From Sphaerodactylus townsendi (lineage: Eukaryota): a stretch of 32,257 nucleotides of DNA. Made by a program: the position numbers and the translations under genes. Position 1 is the first letter of the stretch; each line of letters begins with the position of its first letter. The notes under the pieces are model-generated. The model searched no databases and was not told the origin of the DNA. It saw nothing but the letters and a program-made list of their open reading frames with translations. Location of the stretch: the NCBI RefSeq assembly GCF_021028975.2, contig NC_059439.1, forward strand, positions 34,255,744-34,288,000, read 5' to 3'. This document shows, piece after piece, positions 1 to 11,809 of this stretch.

Positions 1-288
1 TATTGGGTTTATAGACCGCCCTCCCCCGGAGGGCTCAGGGTGAGCAGCATATAAATAGAGCACAATATCAGGTTCAAATCCAGTAAGTGTCAATTAATAC
101 AGTCTCTAATAAAAATAAACCCTACCCCATTAAAATGCAGCATTATTAAAATTAACATTAACACAAGATGGCACCTGCTATCAATTCCCTCAAAAACCCC
201 AAGAGGGGGAGGGGCGGTAGGATCCACTTGATGTTATAAGAGAAAAGGAGAGGGCCCCCCCATCAACGGCTAGTCTCCCCAAAGGCCC
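1..288 (-). mobile_element. L2 LINE 3' end remnant
   Basis: Reverse complement resembles the 3' terminus of the L2 copy at 5043-5655 (ccgccc...gagccct...gggcggt...ataaa). Confidence 0.55.
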
Positions 289-304
289 AAAATGATGATG
301 GTGA

Positions 305-510
305 TGAATTAGATTTAGGAACCGCCCATCCCCGAAGGGCTCTGAGCGGTGTACAGCAGAACACAAATTACAATAATAAATAATAAATTAAAACTCATAA
401 CTTAAAACTCTATAAAAACAGAGCAGCATTCCATTTTCAGTACAAAATGATACAAAATGGTACAAAATGGTGGCGCCCGGTCCCAAGGCCGGGAGGGGAC
501 AGGCAGTGCT
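305..510 (-). mobile_element. Second L2-type 3' end remnant
   Basis: accgcccatccccgaagggctctgagcggtgtaca is close to the reverse complement of 5589-5623. Confidence 0.6.
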
Positions 511-935
511 GAGGAAATGTTAGATTAGAAGATGGGTTTGCATTTTTCTGCTGTTTTCCCATGAATGTCTCAACTCTGATTTGACACTTCCCTTCTGTGA
601 ATGCAACCTGTCCTGTCTTGCGTGGAACTCCTGTGAAATGACATTATTATGGACATTATTTTGCTCATAACTTCAATGAACATTCAGAGCTGGAAAATAA
701 TTTCTCAGGTTGGGAGGAGACTTGAAACATAGGAGCCAAGTACCAAGAGTTGGAGAACATCATATTCCAATCCAACCAATTTAATGCATACATAGTCAAC
801 ACTGTGCGTGGATCTGAGGGAAACCATCCGTAAAATTCACCCCTGATGGCATCTTCCTCCTGCAGAATTAAGTAACATCTATAGGTTATAATTTGTGAAT
901 GGCAAGTCCCTGTGCATTCAGAGGAGGATTGGATG

Positions 936-1192
936 CAGTGGCGTATCTGCCAATGGACAAGGGAGGACCCTTGCCCATGGGCGCAATGATTTCAGCCACG
1001 TGGGGGGTGCCAAAATGTCTCAGCCCCACCCACTCTGGACGGTGGCCTACTGGCCCCGCCTCCAGTCTCAGCAAGCCACCAGAGCAGGAGGATGGGGAGT
1101 TCCGCCTCCCTCTGACCCAGCATGTCTTGCCCATTGGGGGGCGCCAAACTCAGGTTTTGTCCTGGGCTCCAGTTTGCCCAGATACGCCTCTG
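936..1192. mobile_element. hAT MITE
   Basis: TIR CAGTGGCGTATCTG / CAGATACGCCTCTG; perfect 8-bp TSD ATTGGATG. Confidence 0.9.
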
Positions 1193-1509
1193 ATTGGATG
1201 CTTAACTTACAGATAAATTTCCTGCTGGGCTAACCACCCAGCAGCTCTGTTCAAGTTTCAGGTGCTGCTTGGCCCACACCCTTCATCAGCCGTGACAGTT
1301 TGAGTTGGCTCACCCACTGTTTCCTCCTGCACCACCTCCAGTTGGGAGGATGATGTAATGGATGAGCTAATTCCCACTGGTGGATCCATTGAGAGGATAG
1401 GCCCCAACCAGGACTGAATTTTTCTTGCAAGTGACTCCTCCCCAGTTTTTCCACCTAGACTTCCTACCTGAGCTGAAGGGAATTATAGTTGGCATAGGAG
1501 CCCCACTGG

Positions 1510-1750
1510 GCAGAGTGATCTGCTACAGCACTGCCATTTAAGCTCTGCCCATGACCTGAATTCGATTCAGTCTCAAGGTTGATTCAGCCTTCCAACTTTC
1601 CGAGGTTGGTAAAATGAGTACCAGCTTGCTGAGGGTAAAGTGTAGATGACTGGGGAAGGCAGTGAGAAACCACCCTATAAATATAGTCTGCCAAGTAAAT
1701 GTTGTGATGTGATGTCACCCCTTGGGTCAGTAATGATGCAATGCTTGTAC
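1510..1750 (+). mobile_element. Sauria-type SINE, degenerate
   Basis: Characteristic core ctcaaggttgattcagccttcca...ccgaggttggtaaaatgagtaccagcttgctg. Confidence 0.7.
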
Positions 1751-2170
1751 ATTAACAAACAAAATTAATCACATAAATTAAACCATTTCTTTATTAGGAA
1801 CTGTCTATGAGTTTTGGTATATTGGAGTAACAATGTCCAATCACATTTGTTTAGAATGTTTAAGAAAAATGTATTAATTGCATAATTGTGGTCATCTTTT
1901 TATTGGTCACATTTGTATCAGTGAAAGATATCCATCTGTCTAAAAACAAACCAGTGAATTGCTGAAGAACTTTTTTTATTTGTTATACACTTAAACTGTT
2001 TCACTCTAAACACACCTCAGAATTTGGCATTTCAATGGGACATTTTTTAATTTGAATAGCCAAAGTCCAATCTATGCAAAAAAAAAACCCCACCCAAGTG
2101 ACTCGTGACAAGTGACATGGTCCTCAGAGGAAACAAAATTGACTATAAACTGAGCTACCAGTACTTTAAT

Positions 2171-2308
2171 TGGTTGTTGTTGGTTTTCCCGGTGAGATAG
2201 TCCTCACCATGACATGACTCTGAAAATGCCAGCCATAGATGTGGGTGAAACATTTGGAGCAAAAACTACCAGCTTGTGGTCATGCAGCCCAGAAAACCCA
2301 TAACAGCC
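2171..2308 (+). mobile_element. Degenerate Penelope-like element remnant (continues at 3441-3475 after the LTR insertion)
   Basis: ctctgaaaatgccagccatagatgtgggtgaaaca...cagcccagaaaacccataacagcc resembles 31844-31935. 3441-3475 resembles the reverse complement of 31689-31720. Confidence 0.7.
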
Positions 2309-3436
2309 TGTGGGGCCAGAGCCTCGTTTCTGGTCCTACACAGCAGAGTTAGTTTTAAGAAAAACTTAAAGTTAAAATAAAAGCAAGACATCTGACATTA
2401 TAAACAAACAGACAATTTTTACTTTGGCAGAATTTAGATCAGGATTACAGAATGTGAACTCTCCTTCAGAGGGAGAGAGCTCTCAATTGAGAGGCACGGC
2501 ATTTAGAACGTTACAGAATACAGATAAGTTACCGAAGGTGACCTTCCCCCGAGGGAAAGGCACGCCCCAATACAATGTTTAGAATGTTACAGGAGATTGC
2601 CCTCTCCTGGGTGGCTCTCGACGGAGGCACGCCCAGTATAGGAAAACTTGAGTTTTTGTAGATGCAAAGACGTCACATAGTCCTCCCCTTTTGTTCCACG
2701 TATTATAATCCATACCCCTTAAGAATCTCATTGGACAGAATCTGTCTCCTGGTTTACATGAAGACAGCCCCTTACGTATTACATTCCATTCTGTAATTCA
2801 AACTGCACGCTGTGAGCTTATGGCCATCCCTGCCCATATGCAAAGGACAGCTAGCTGTCTTTCTTGTTTTCAAGAAAAACCTGTTCTGCTAAGTTGCTCC
2901 CAGAGAGAGCCGATGTCCTCAGGCAATGCCTCTGGGCTATGCAGCATTCTTTAAGATCATAAAACTTCTCTTCTCCCACAGTTTGAAATGATTCTAACAA
3001 TTCCCCAGTTTGAAATGTTAAAACATAATTCTAATACAATGATTCTAACACAATAGAATTATAGTGAAATACAAATACATGTGAATATGAATCATTCTCT
3101 CTGTGTTCATTTAACTATATAGAAAAACTCTTATTCCTATTTTAACTAATCACACTGATTTAGCTAGTTCTACCACAACTATAAAATGCACATTTCTGCT
3201 GTCACGTAGTAACCTGTAGTTCCAAGATCCCAAAGATGTTATCTGTAGCCTGCCTGCATAGTGGTAACATTCCTTTGACCTACTGCAAAATGCAGGCTTC
3301 TGACCTGTTGGAGACAAGCAAACCTGCTGTCTCTTTACACAGAAACCATTTTGATTCTTTGCAATCCTTGGTTCATTTGAATTAATCCTCCTTGATTAAA
3401 TACACAAATTTATACACATTCTGATCTGTCCCCACA
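2309..3436 (-). mobile_element. Solo LTR (~1.13 kb; ERV1- or Gypsy-type by 4-bp TSD)
   Basis: TGTGGGGCCAGA...TCTGTCCCCACA termini (11/12 inverted match); TSD AGCC; cleanly splits a Penelope remnant; internal short tandem repeats at ~2490-2640. Orientation inferred from minus-strand AGTAAA at 2418-2423. Confidence 0.75.
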
Positions 3437-3483
3437 AGCCAGTCGATTTTGACTATGAAAGTCTTTGACAGTGTATCAATACT

Positions 3484-4385
3484 TCAATATTTTCTCCTCA
3501 TGAGCTGTTCTTTTTTGTTCAGATGAGGCCTCAACACAATGATGAAGCATTTGGGAGAAAAGATGCAACCCAGTAGTCCAGCCCCAGAAGCCAAGATGGA
3601 GAAGATCTCCACGGCCACCATCTCTTTTCCTCTTGTGCTCAGGTAAGTTGGAATGAAGGACAGCCAAACGCTGCAAAAAACCAACATGCTGAAGCTGATG
3701 AACTTGGCCTCATTAAAACTGTCAGGTAATTTCCTAGCTAGGAAAGCCACAGCAAAGCTAATGGTGGCCAGGAAACCCAGATAGCCCAGGACGCAGTAAA
3801 ACATGCTCACTGACCCTTCATTGCATTTCACTGTGATTTCTCTGCTCACCAAATGCATGTCCAGATCAGGAAATGGAGGGGAAATTGCCAGCCAAACAGC
3901 ACAGATACCCGCTTGAACAAGAGAGAGGGAAGTGACAACAGGAAATGCAAACCTTTTCCCCCTCCACTTTCGGAAATTAGTTCCTGGCTTGGAGGCCATG
4001 AAAGCCACCACCACTGTGACAGTTTTGGCCAAGACAGAAGATACCGCCACTGAGAAGATAATACCAAAAGCTGTTTGTCGGAGAAGGCAGGTCAAACTGT
4101 TAGGCCGTCCAATGAAGAGTAAGGGACAGAGGAAGCAAAGAAGGAGAGAGAGAAGGAGAACATAGGTGAGGCTCCGGTTGTTGGCTTTGACAATGGGAGT
4201 GTCCCGGTGCTTGATGAAGATTCCGAACACTAGAGCTGCGATCAGAGAAAAGGAAAGAGCCAAGAGAGATAAAACAATGCCCAAAGGTTCTTCAAAGGAC
4301 AGGAAATTTGTGGTCTTGGGAAGACATTGATCTTGGTCATTATTTGGATAGCGATCTTCTGGGCAACTGACACAGTCATCCATGT
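3484..4385 (-). CDS. V2R gene A exon 6 (7TM domain, stop codon)
   Basis: tttcag|AC acceptor; 902 bp. Class C GPCR motifs [49 protein letters not shown]. Confidence 0.97.
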
Positions 4386-4480
4386 CTGAAAAACAAACAT
4401 ATGCTTATATGTACGCTGGTAATTCTATTTAGCAATCCACTACTTTTCAAGCCTGAGTGTCAGCAGAGTGACAAACCTAA

Positions 4481-4786
4481 GAGCAGCAGTGGTTTAGTGG
4501 TTAAGAGCAGGTGCACTCTAATCTGGAGGAACCGGGTTTGATTCCCTGCTCTGCTGCTTGAGCTGTGGAGGCCTATCTAGGGAATTCAGATTAGCCTGTG
4601 CTCTCCCACACACGCCAGCTGGGTGACCTTGGGCTAGTCACAGTTCTTCGGAGCTCTCTCAGCCCCACCTACCTTACAGGGTGTTTGTTGTGTGGTGGGG
4701 GGAAGGGAAAGGAGATTGTCAGCCCCTTTGAGTCTCCTTACAGGAGAGAAAGGGGGGAATATAAATCCAAACCTCCTTCTTCTTCT
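4481..4786 (+). mobile_element. Squam3-type tRNA-derived SINE
   Basis: A/B-box-like head (gtggtttagtggttaag...ggtttgattccc), L2-like 3' part, (TTC)n tail. Confidence 0.85.
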
Positions 4787-5042
4787 AATCTAGCTTGAGG
4801 GTTTATAGCAAGCAATGCCTGAAATCAGGGTGGGTTTTTAAAGATGGTCTTAATCCTTATGCACATATCCCCAGGGAACAAGCCTTGTAATCACCGTATC
4901 ACCTTCTTATCATATATCTCTAACATATCTTGTTACTTCACAAAAGACCTTAGTAACAAGCAATACATGCTGAAATGCATAATAATGGAACACCTCCTTC
5001 AATCACATTTTTTATATTGATTTCACAGGCCATATCTCATCA

Positions 5043-5655
5043 TTGTGCCAGCTGCACTGGCTCCCAGTAGAGTTCCGAATCATCTTCAAGGTGCTGGTGA
5101 TGACCTTTAAGGTCTTACATGGCCTGGGGCCCTCGTATCTTCGAGACTGCATCACCCCATACGTCCCTGTACGGCCTCTTAGTTCAGTGGAGGCCAATTT
5201 ACTGGTGGTCCCTAGCCCCTCGATGATACAGCTGGCCTCCACGCAGGCCAGGGCCTTTACGGCTTTGGCCCCGGGCTGGTGGAACACTCTCCCACCAGCT
5301 GTCTGGGCCCTGCGGGACCTTACTGAATTCCGCAGGGCCTGTAAGATGGAGTTGTTCCGCCGGGCCTTTGGAGGGACCAGCCGTTGATGGTGCCCCCCCC
5401 CCGGTCCTTTACATCTGGGCCTCTTGCCATCTTGGGACTTGCTGCTCCTCCCTCTTGAGAGAGGATTTTTTTTTAAAAAATGGGGTTGCTGGACGCCACT
5501 TTTATTCATAATAATTAGTTATGTTTAACCTTTATTTTTATTGCTGCTTTTAAAGGTTTTAGCTGTTTTATTTATGCGACTGTCTGTTGTACACCGCCCA
5601 GAGCCCTTCGGGGATGGGGCGGTATAAAAGTTGAAAGAATAAATAAATAAATAAA
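5043..5655 (+). mobile_element. L2 LINE, 5'-truncated (ORF2 C-terminus plus 3'UTR)
   Basis: QLHWLPVEFRIIFKVLVMTFKVLHGLGPSYLRD...RAF...APGWWNTLP is the L2 ORF2 C-terminal signature; (TAAA)n tail; possible TCATCA TSD. Confidence 0.9.
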
Positions 5656-5758
5656 TCATCAGAAAGCATCTAAGCTCCATCTGAACCCCGCACCATTAGT
5701 CATAAATGGGTGGCTGGATGTTAGATTCAGCTTGTATCTTGAGCTGCGCCTCTCTTAC

Positions 5759-5885
5759 CGTTCTCATCTGAGATCATCTCTTCCGGACAGGGAACACAAT
5801 TGTAGCAACAAAATTTTGCATCCTCCTTTTTTTTCTTGTTGTAACCTGGCGGGCAGGGGTCGTTGCACACAGAGGTGGGAGGCAC
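5759..5885 (-). CDS. V2R gene A exon 5 (cysteine-rich NCD3G domain)
   Basis: gacag|GTG acceptor and G|GTAAGA donor; 127 bp. VPPTSVCNDPCPPGY...CCYNCVPCPE. Confidence 0.95.
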
Positions 5886-6385
5886 CTGTCCTTGAGTCAA
5901 AGAAGAATTTAACACTGAGAATATGCGCCCGGGATTTACCTGCCCTACCATTTGTAGTTTGGGAGATGTGGGGAGGGAGAAAGCATGGCCAGCTGCTACA
6001 TGATGTCCTGGGGGGGAGTTAGGAAGGGTGGCCAGTGCTCGTGCAGCCTGCTACATCAGGGTATAAAAGCAGGCCTGTGCATGGTCTTGACCTTCTCCTT
6101 CCGTAGATGATGACTTGCCCACCCTTCCTCCCTGCTGTCACAGCAGTATTTGTTTATTAGAAAGAGAAGAAGAGTGATGAAAAAGGACTCCTCTTCCCTC
6201 TTGCACCCGTGATAATGTTAGTAGGAGCCAAGACCTTAGTGATGCTTCCCAAACATAGCCCGCCCTTCCTATGACTGCAGGATGCATTGCATGAATAAAA
6301 ATCTTTTATTCATTTTGCCTAATTTGATCACCTGACCATTGCTGTGAATTACCTTCCTACAATGGGCGGATGTACGGATCCCCAC

Positions 6386-6613
6386 CTGTGTCAAATTTTT
6401 GTGCCACTCAATTTTGCTGTCCTCCAGGATCAGCTCTCGGCCTGGAGGAGCCCGAGGATCCAGTCTTCCCACCTGGACTTTAAAATAGGAGTTATTTGGG
6501 AAGGTGACCAAGTTTCTGACATGAAATCCACCTTCTATTTCTCGGTGATCATTAAAGGCAATTTCATCTCCTGAGGTGGTGTTGAATGAGATCCTCTGGA
6601 GAAATGAGTGGAG
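6386..6613 (-). CDS. V2R gene A exon 4
   Basis: cctctag|CTC acceptor and CAG|GTGGGG donor; 228 bp, open. LHSFLQRISFN...VTFPNNSYFKVQVG...IEW. Confidence 0.95.
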
Positions 6614-6804
6614 CTAGAGGGAAGAGAGAAAGAAATGCTAAGCGTTGGGGTCTCATTTTGTTGCTGAGATTTTTTTTCAAACAAGTTGCCAAGTTCCTTT
6701 ACTTTAGGCGGAAACTTGCAACTGAAAAGTCGTGGGAATGGAGAACAGCCCACTTTACCAACAGATGCAAGCAGAGAGTGGCAAATTAGGATGAGTGTAA
6801 CTTT

Positions 6805-7063
6805 GGCCCTTTCCCCACTTACCGTTTGCGGCGCACCACTCTCAGCGCGAGTCCTTTCTGGCTCGGGGTTGTGTTCCCCATTGCCGTTTTTTCAGCAGCA
6901 GAAATGGTGCTGTTTTTTCAGCAGCAGAAATGACACGCGCTGGGGGAGAGTGGCAGAGTCGGGGCGGTTGCGTTGTCGCTACCTGGACTCGTGGGGAGCG
7001 CCGCTGGACCCCGCGCTATTTGGGGAGAGTAGAGCGCAGCAAACGGTAAGTGGGGAAAGGGCC
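6805..7063. mobile_element. PIF/Harbinger-type MITE
   Basis: Long TIR GGCCCTTTCCCCACTTACCGTTTGC; 3-bp TSD TTT. Confidence 0.8.
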
Positions 7064-7267
7064 TTTCTCAGCTAGTTTTGTAGTTGAAAGAATGATTCAT
7101 GGGAGAATAGGTGTGTGAAGAGGTTGCTGGGGGTACAGCATCAGGCAAATTCACACTAGCCTGACAAGGCCTTTGACCTCCGGATAGGAAACCAAAAGGC
7201 TTTGAATAAATTACCCAAAAGGAAACTAGTAGCCAAACAGTGGGTAGAACAAAGAATTGGCTTACAG

Positions 7268-7904
7268 CAGGGGTCCCCAAACTTTTTAAACAGGGGGCCA
7301 GTTCACTGTCCCTCAGACTGTTGGAGGGCCGGACTAAAAAAAAACTATGAACAAATTCCTATGCACAAATGATTGTAAAATGTTTGATTTCACCTTTTAG
7401 CCTTTCTGTTATGGTCTATTTTTAGAACAGTGACCAAAGTATGTCAAGTACAGGGTGGGCTCCAAATATTGTTGGGGAGGCTGTGGAATACCTTCCCCTG
7501 TAAAAAAAAGCAGAACTTTCCCAATGAAGCATTCCATCTAACCCAGGATCAGGTATCTTCCTGGGTTCTTCCTCCCTAGCAGCCAGCGAGCGATTAGCCA
7601 ACCTGGCTGATGCCAATGGGAGTGAGCCGGAACAGAAAGCCTGAGAGCAACACATGGAGTAGCCGAGAGGGAAGGGCGGAGCAGGAGTTGCCACGTGTAA
7701 GGTTTCCAACTCTGGGTCAGAAAATTCATGGAGATTTGGGGGTGCCATCATGTAATTGCAATCAACAGCCGTTGGGGCCGGTTCCTCCTCTCCCTGGAGG
7801 CCCCACTGCACATGAATGGAGCCATCGCTGCCATGCCTGGCGGGCCGGATAAATGCCTTCAGGGGGCCGCATTTGGCCCCCGGGCCGTAGTTTGGGGACC
7901 CCTG
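7268..7904. mobile_element. hAT-Charlie (MER30-like) non-autonomous transposon
   Basis: TIR CAGGGGTCCCCAAACT / AGTTTGGGGACCCCTG; perfect 8-bp TSD GCTTACAG. Confidence 0.9.
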
Positions 7905-8326
7905 GCTTACAGCATGGCCAGGAAATGTTTACCTGAAAACCCAGGAGAGGGAACAAAGGATATACTAAGCCAAGCCGGGCAGGAGGGAGCATCACCCGAA
8001 CCCAAGTCTGAAACGAAGCCTGCCAGGAAGCGTGCCAGTTAGCTAAGAAATATCCGTATCAGAATGTTTTCTCATTTTCTGGGTTTTTTAAAATAAAGAC
8101 AGGCGTGGTCACCCCCTCCCCCAATTCCTGGTCTTGTGACAAGGCAGTTACAAGGTTTCATGGCACTGATTTCTGCAAGGAATCAAAATGAGTCTGAGAA
8201 GATGGGGCAGAGGTAGGCTCCACCACTTTGCAGACATTTTGTCGAGCAAAGGCATGTGGGCTATTGCATGCCAAACCACCCATTGGTATCTAGGCCATTA
8301 TTTTTTTCTCAGAGGGGACGAATTAC

Positions 8327-9214
8327 CTGCCAAGGTTCTATGTTCACACATTCCAGTCTGTGTTCTTCCTCCCGTGCTCTACGGTTGGTGTGAGATGAAC
8401 ATAGGGCCTGCAGTGCATGTGTCACCGCATAGACAGCAGTGTAGATGCTATAGCTGTGGCTGGTCATGCTCATTTCAAAGAAAGGACCAGGAAGACTTTC
8501 CAACTTTTCTTCCCTGGTACATCTTTTGTTGCCCTCTGGTGGCTCCGAAGAGGTTGGAACTAGTGAGCAGTCAAACGCTTGCTCCCAGAAATCTTTGAAA
8601 AAACCATTTCCTTTTGGCCAAGTACGTCCTACAGACTGAAGAAAATTTTGGAAACCAGGAGGCTCATTTGAGTGGGGTGAAAAAGACATCGAACCGTGAA
8701 ACATTTGGATGTCCCAGTCTTTCTGAAAGAGATTGAACATGAAATCGATCTGGGCCGTTGTAATCCACACCTTTCCTGCAGAGACCTTTCCCTTATAGCT
8801 GAGGTCTGTCATAGGAATCACCAGTGTGGTTACCCATATAATGGTCGCCAGCCACGTAATGACGGCAGTCTCTCCATACACAACAAATGCGTTCACTTTG
8901 CTCTCCATCACAATGGGAATGTGACTCATCATGTCCTCAAGAACATCAGCTATGCGGTTTAAGCGCATATTTTTGGGCACTATTTCTCTGAAGGCCAAAC
9001 AGACTCCTTTCTGGGAAAGCATGGCCTCCAGAGTTTGGAAGAAATATTCTCCGGCGTCATCGTCCATAGTCATGAGCCCAACCCATTTCCACCTGAAATG
9101 CAGAAGCAACTGGACGATTCCTGCATACTGAAGGGCTTCGTTGGGGACCATGCAGTAAAATGCAGGGGGAAAGGCATTGGAGCTCGCTCCCGTTTCAAAT
9201 GAGCCATAAGAAAA
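8327..9214 (-). CDS. V2R gene A exon 3 (Venus flytrap/ANF-receptor domain)
   Basis: ttcaag|TTT acceptor and CAG|GTAATT donor; 888 bp, open. FSYGS...MVPNE...LLLHFRWKWVGL...SYSIYTAVYAVTHAL...PWQ. Confidence 0.95.
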
Positions 9215-9300
9215 CTTGAAGAAGAAAACAAAGGAAGTTAGTGTTTTAGTGAATAATGGGAATCAGACCTTCCAAAAGCTTGTGTAAGGATTAGAAAAAC

Positions 9301-9851
9301 AGCTAGATTTGAGTCTAGTAGCACCTTAGATGCCAACTTAGAAATGTTGGGTTATAAACTACAACATTGAATGGAGGTACAAGATAGAATGGAGATCTCA
9401 GTTTCTTTGTATCCCGGTTAGAAGGTGGGAGGTGTGTTATAATGAAAGAAGCTAAGCTGCAAAGATACAATGCAAGGATCAAGGGGAATTTCTCCATTAC
9501 ACCCGTCCAGAAATCTTACCTGTGGAATCTTGTAAAGCTTCAAGATGTCCTCCATGCAGGAGGAGATTTGAAAATCAGCTAGATTTGAGTCTAGTAGCAC
9601 CTTAGACACCAACTAGAAATGTTGGGTTATAAACTACAACATTGAATGGAGGTACAAGATCGAATGGAGATCTCAGTTTCTTTGTATCCCAGTTAGAAGG
9701 TGGGAGGTGTGTTATAATGAAAGAAGCTAAGCTGCAAAGATACAATGCAAGGATCAAGGGGAATTTCTCCATTACACCCGTCCAGAAATCTTACCTGTGG
9801 AATCTTGTAACGCTTCAAGATGTCCTCCATGCAGGAGGAGATGTGAAAATC
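9301..9851. repeat. Tandem duplication (276 + 275 bp) of the 3' end of gene A exon 2 plus adjacent intron
   Basis: 9301-9576 is near-identical to 9577-9851, with a second CAG|GTAAGA donor at 9520/9519. Confidence 0.95.
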
Positions 9852-10086
9852 GAGTCCTCCAATGACCCCCATGAGCTTTTTCTGGAAGCAGCATTTGTAG
9901 TTGGGGACGAACCTGTAAGATGTGAAAAGCAGGCCCAGGGTATTGCGATAGGTCGTCCTCGCATCACTGTAGCTGTCATAGATGTGGAAGCCCAGAGTGA
10001 TGTTGGGCAAGATCCTGGGATTCTCGTTGATCTCCTTGATTGCGAACACCAAAGACAGGAGTTGCTGGTGGAACTTGGTCACCAGG
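9795..10086 (-). CDS. V2R gene A exon 2
   Basis: tttgcag|C acceptor and CAG|GTAAGA donor; 292 bp, the same length as gene B exon 2. [27 protein letters not shown]...YKIPQ motif. Confidence 0.95.
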
Positions 10087-10860
10087 CTGCAAACACAATT
10101 AGATGTTCTTTCGTGGGAAAAAAAAAACCATGCAGTGCGCCCAACAATTTTATTACCAAGTCATTCTGTTCTCAGAAAGCTTCGTGGTATTACTTTACAC
10201 TTAATTACAATTGCCTGAATTATTTTTGTAACAACATTTAGTCCCTAGAACTGAAGAATGGATAGAGGAAAAGTGTCAGAGATTTATCAACTGAGTGCGT
10301 TGACTGATTGCGGCCCAGCAATTAAGGGCGGGAGGAAAGAACGGGGAGGCGTAGATCCAGTAGCACCGAGTAACCGAACGAACACCTCAGTTGCAGAGAA
10401 ATGACCATAATTTTATTGAAACAGAGAAGCGCCTTGGCCTTTATGCCATGTTTGGTAGCCCTCTGGTCATCTTGCTTGCTGCTGTATGAAACCACATGGT
10501 AAACTAGAACCCTTGGGAGATGGAGCTGACTGCCAGAAAACTATTTCAGGTATTCTGGTATCTACACAAAGGGGGGGGGGAACCATACAGGGTGGGGATG
10601 CACTGAGGAGGGAAATTAAAGAATATTGTTGTTTGCCTTTGTTGTGCCAATAGAAAGCATGGTTTGATCCAGCCGCATCGGATGGCGGCTGAAGTGGCTA
10701 CAGTCCAGATGGGAGCCATGTGAGAACAGGCAGACAACTGGTGGGACATGAACCATATAAAAACTGAATACACACTTTCCCCTAAAAGATGGGTAAAAGG
10801 TAGTCCGGTGAATAAGCACCAGGTCATGGAGTGATATCACATCACAACATTTTCTAGACA

Positions 10861-11135
10861 GAAGAAGAAGAGTTTGGATTTATACCCCCTTTCTCTCAAG
10901 GTGGCTTGCAAGCTCCTTTTCCTTCCTTTCCCCACAACAGACACCTTGTGAGGTAGGTGGGGCTGAGAGAGTTCCAAAAAACCTGTGACTAACCTGAGGT
11001 CACCCAGCAGGAATGTAGGAGTGCGGAAACACATCTGGTTCACCAGATAAGCTTCCACTCAGGTGGAGGAGTGGGGAATCAAACCCGGTTCTCCAGATTA
11101 GAATCCACCTGCTCTTGACCACTACAACACGCGGG
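10861..11135 (-). mobile_element. Squam3-type SINE
   Basis: Reverse-complement homology to 4481-4786; (GAA)n tail on the plus strand. Confidence 0.85.
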
Positions 11136-11149
11136 CAGACTAGGTTGAC

Positions 11150-11350
11150 AGAGTGATTTGCCATCACCTTTTCCAGCTGTCTACAGACTCTACACTTAGC
11201 AAGCCGGGTACCCTTCATCCTTGGAAGGACAGAAGGCTGAATCAACCTTGAGGCGGTGACCTGAAACTGACTTCCCTCAGGATTGAACTCAGGCTGTGAG
11301 CAGAGCTTTGGCTACACCATGGCAGTTTACCACTCTGTGCCACGGGCCTC
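11150..11350 (-). mobile_element. Sauria-type SINE, degenerate
   Basis: ggaaggacagaaggctgaatcaaccttgag is the reverse complement of the Sauria core seen at 1570-1600. Confidence 0.7.
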
Positions 11351-11364
11351 CTACTTTCCTAAAA

Positions 11365-11719
11365 ACACTTTACAAGTGTAGTTATATTCACTTTTTAATT
11401 TTTTGTCATAATCAAATGCATTTTACCTACTACTTGCTTTTTCACGAGTTGACCTTTTAGTAAACAGTCACCGACTGTGTATAAGTACAATAATAATTAT
11501 AATAGTCTCGCAAATATTCCTTCTTGTAAATACCATAGACTATGTAATATTTCGTATAGTGCTTTTAGTACTCTTATTATAGATTATAGATTATGCAACA
11601 TTTGAATAGTGCTTCTAGTACTCTTTTGTCTATATATATATATATACTATGGTAATGGTACCTTGAAACTGATGTACCCTGATCTTTTACTACTGGTCAC
11701 TGACTGTAAATAAATGACT
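11365..11719 (+). mobile_element. 5'-truncated non-LTR retrotransposon 3'UTR (clade uncertain)
   Basis: 13-bp TSD TACTTTCCTAAAA (11352-11364 and 11720-11732); AT-rich body ending tggtcactgactgtAAATAAAtgact. Confidence 0.7.
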
Positions 11720-11809
11720 TACTTTCCTAAAAGGGTGGGAATAAGACATAACAAGTCACTCAGTCAAATCAAAGCATAGTTAATTTCTAATAAAGGAATA
11801 GCTCTTTAC

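Noticed and set aside
4481-4560. tRNA-like sequence
   Set aside because: It is the tRNA-derived head of a SINE, with no complete cloverleaf.
5012-5509. 165-aa minus-strand ORF
   Set aside because: Antisense to the L2 ORF2 fragment.
9642-10241. 199-aa plus-strand ORF
   Set aside because: Antisense shadow of gene A exon 2 and the duplicated intron; no recognisable motif.
10274-10860. Possible minus-strand solo LTR (TTTATT near 10413, CpG-containing start)
   Set aside because: No convincing TG...CA termini with a matching TSD; left uncalled.
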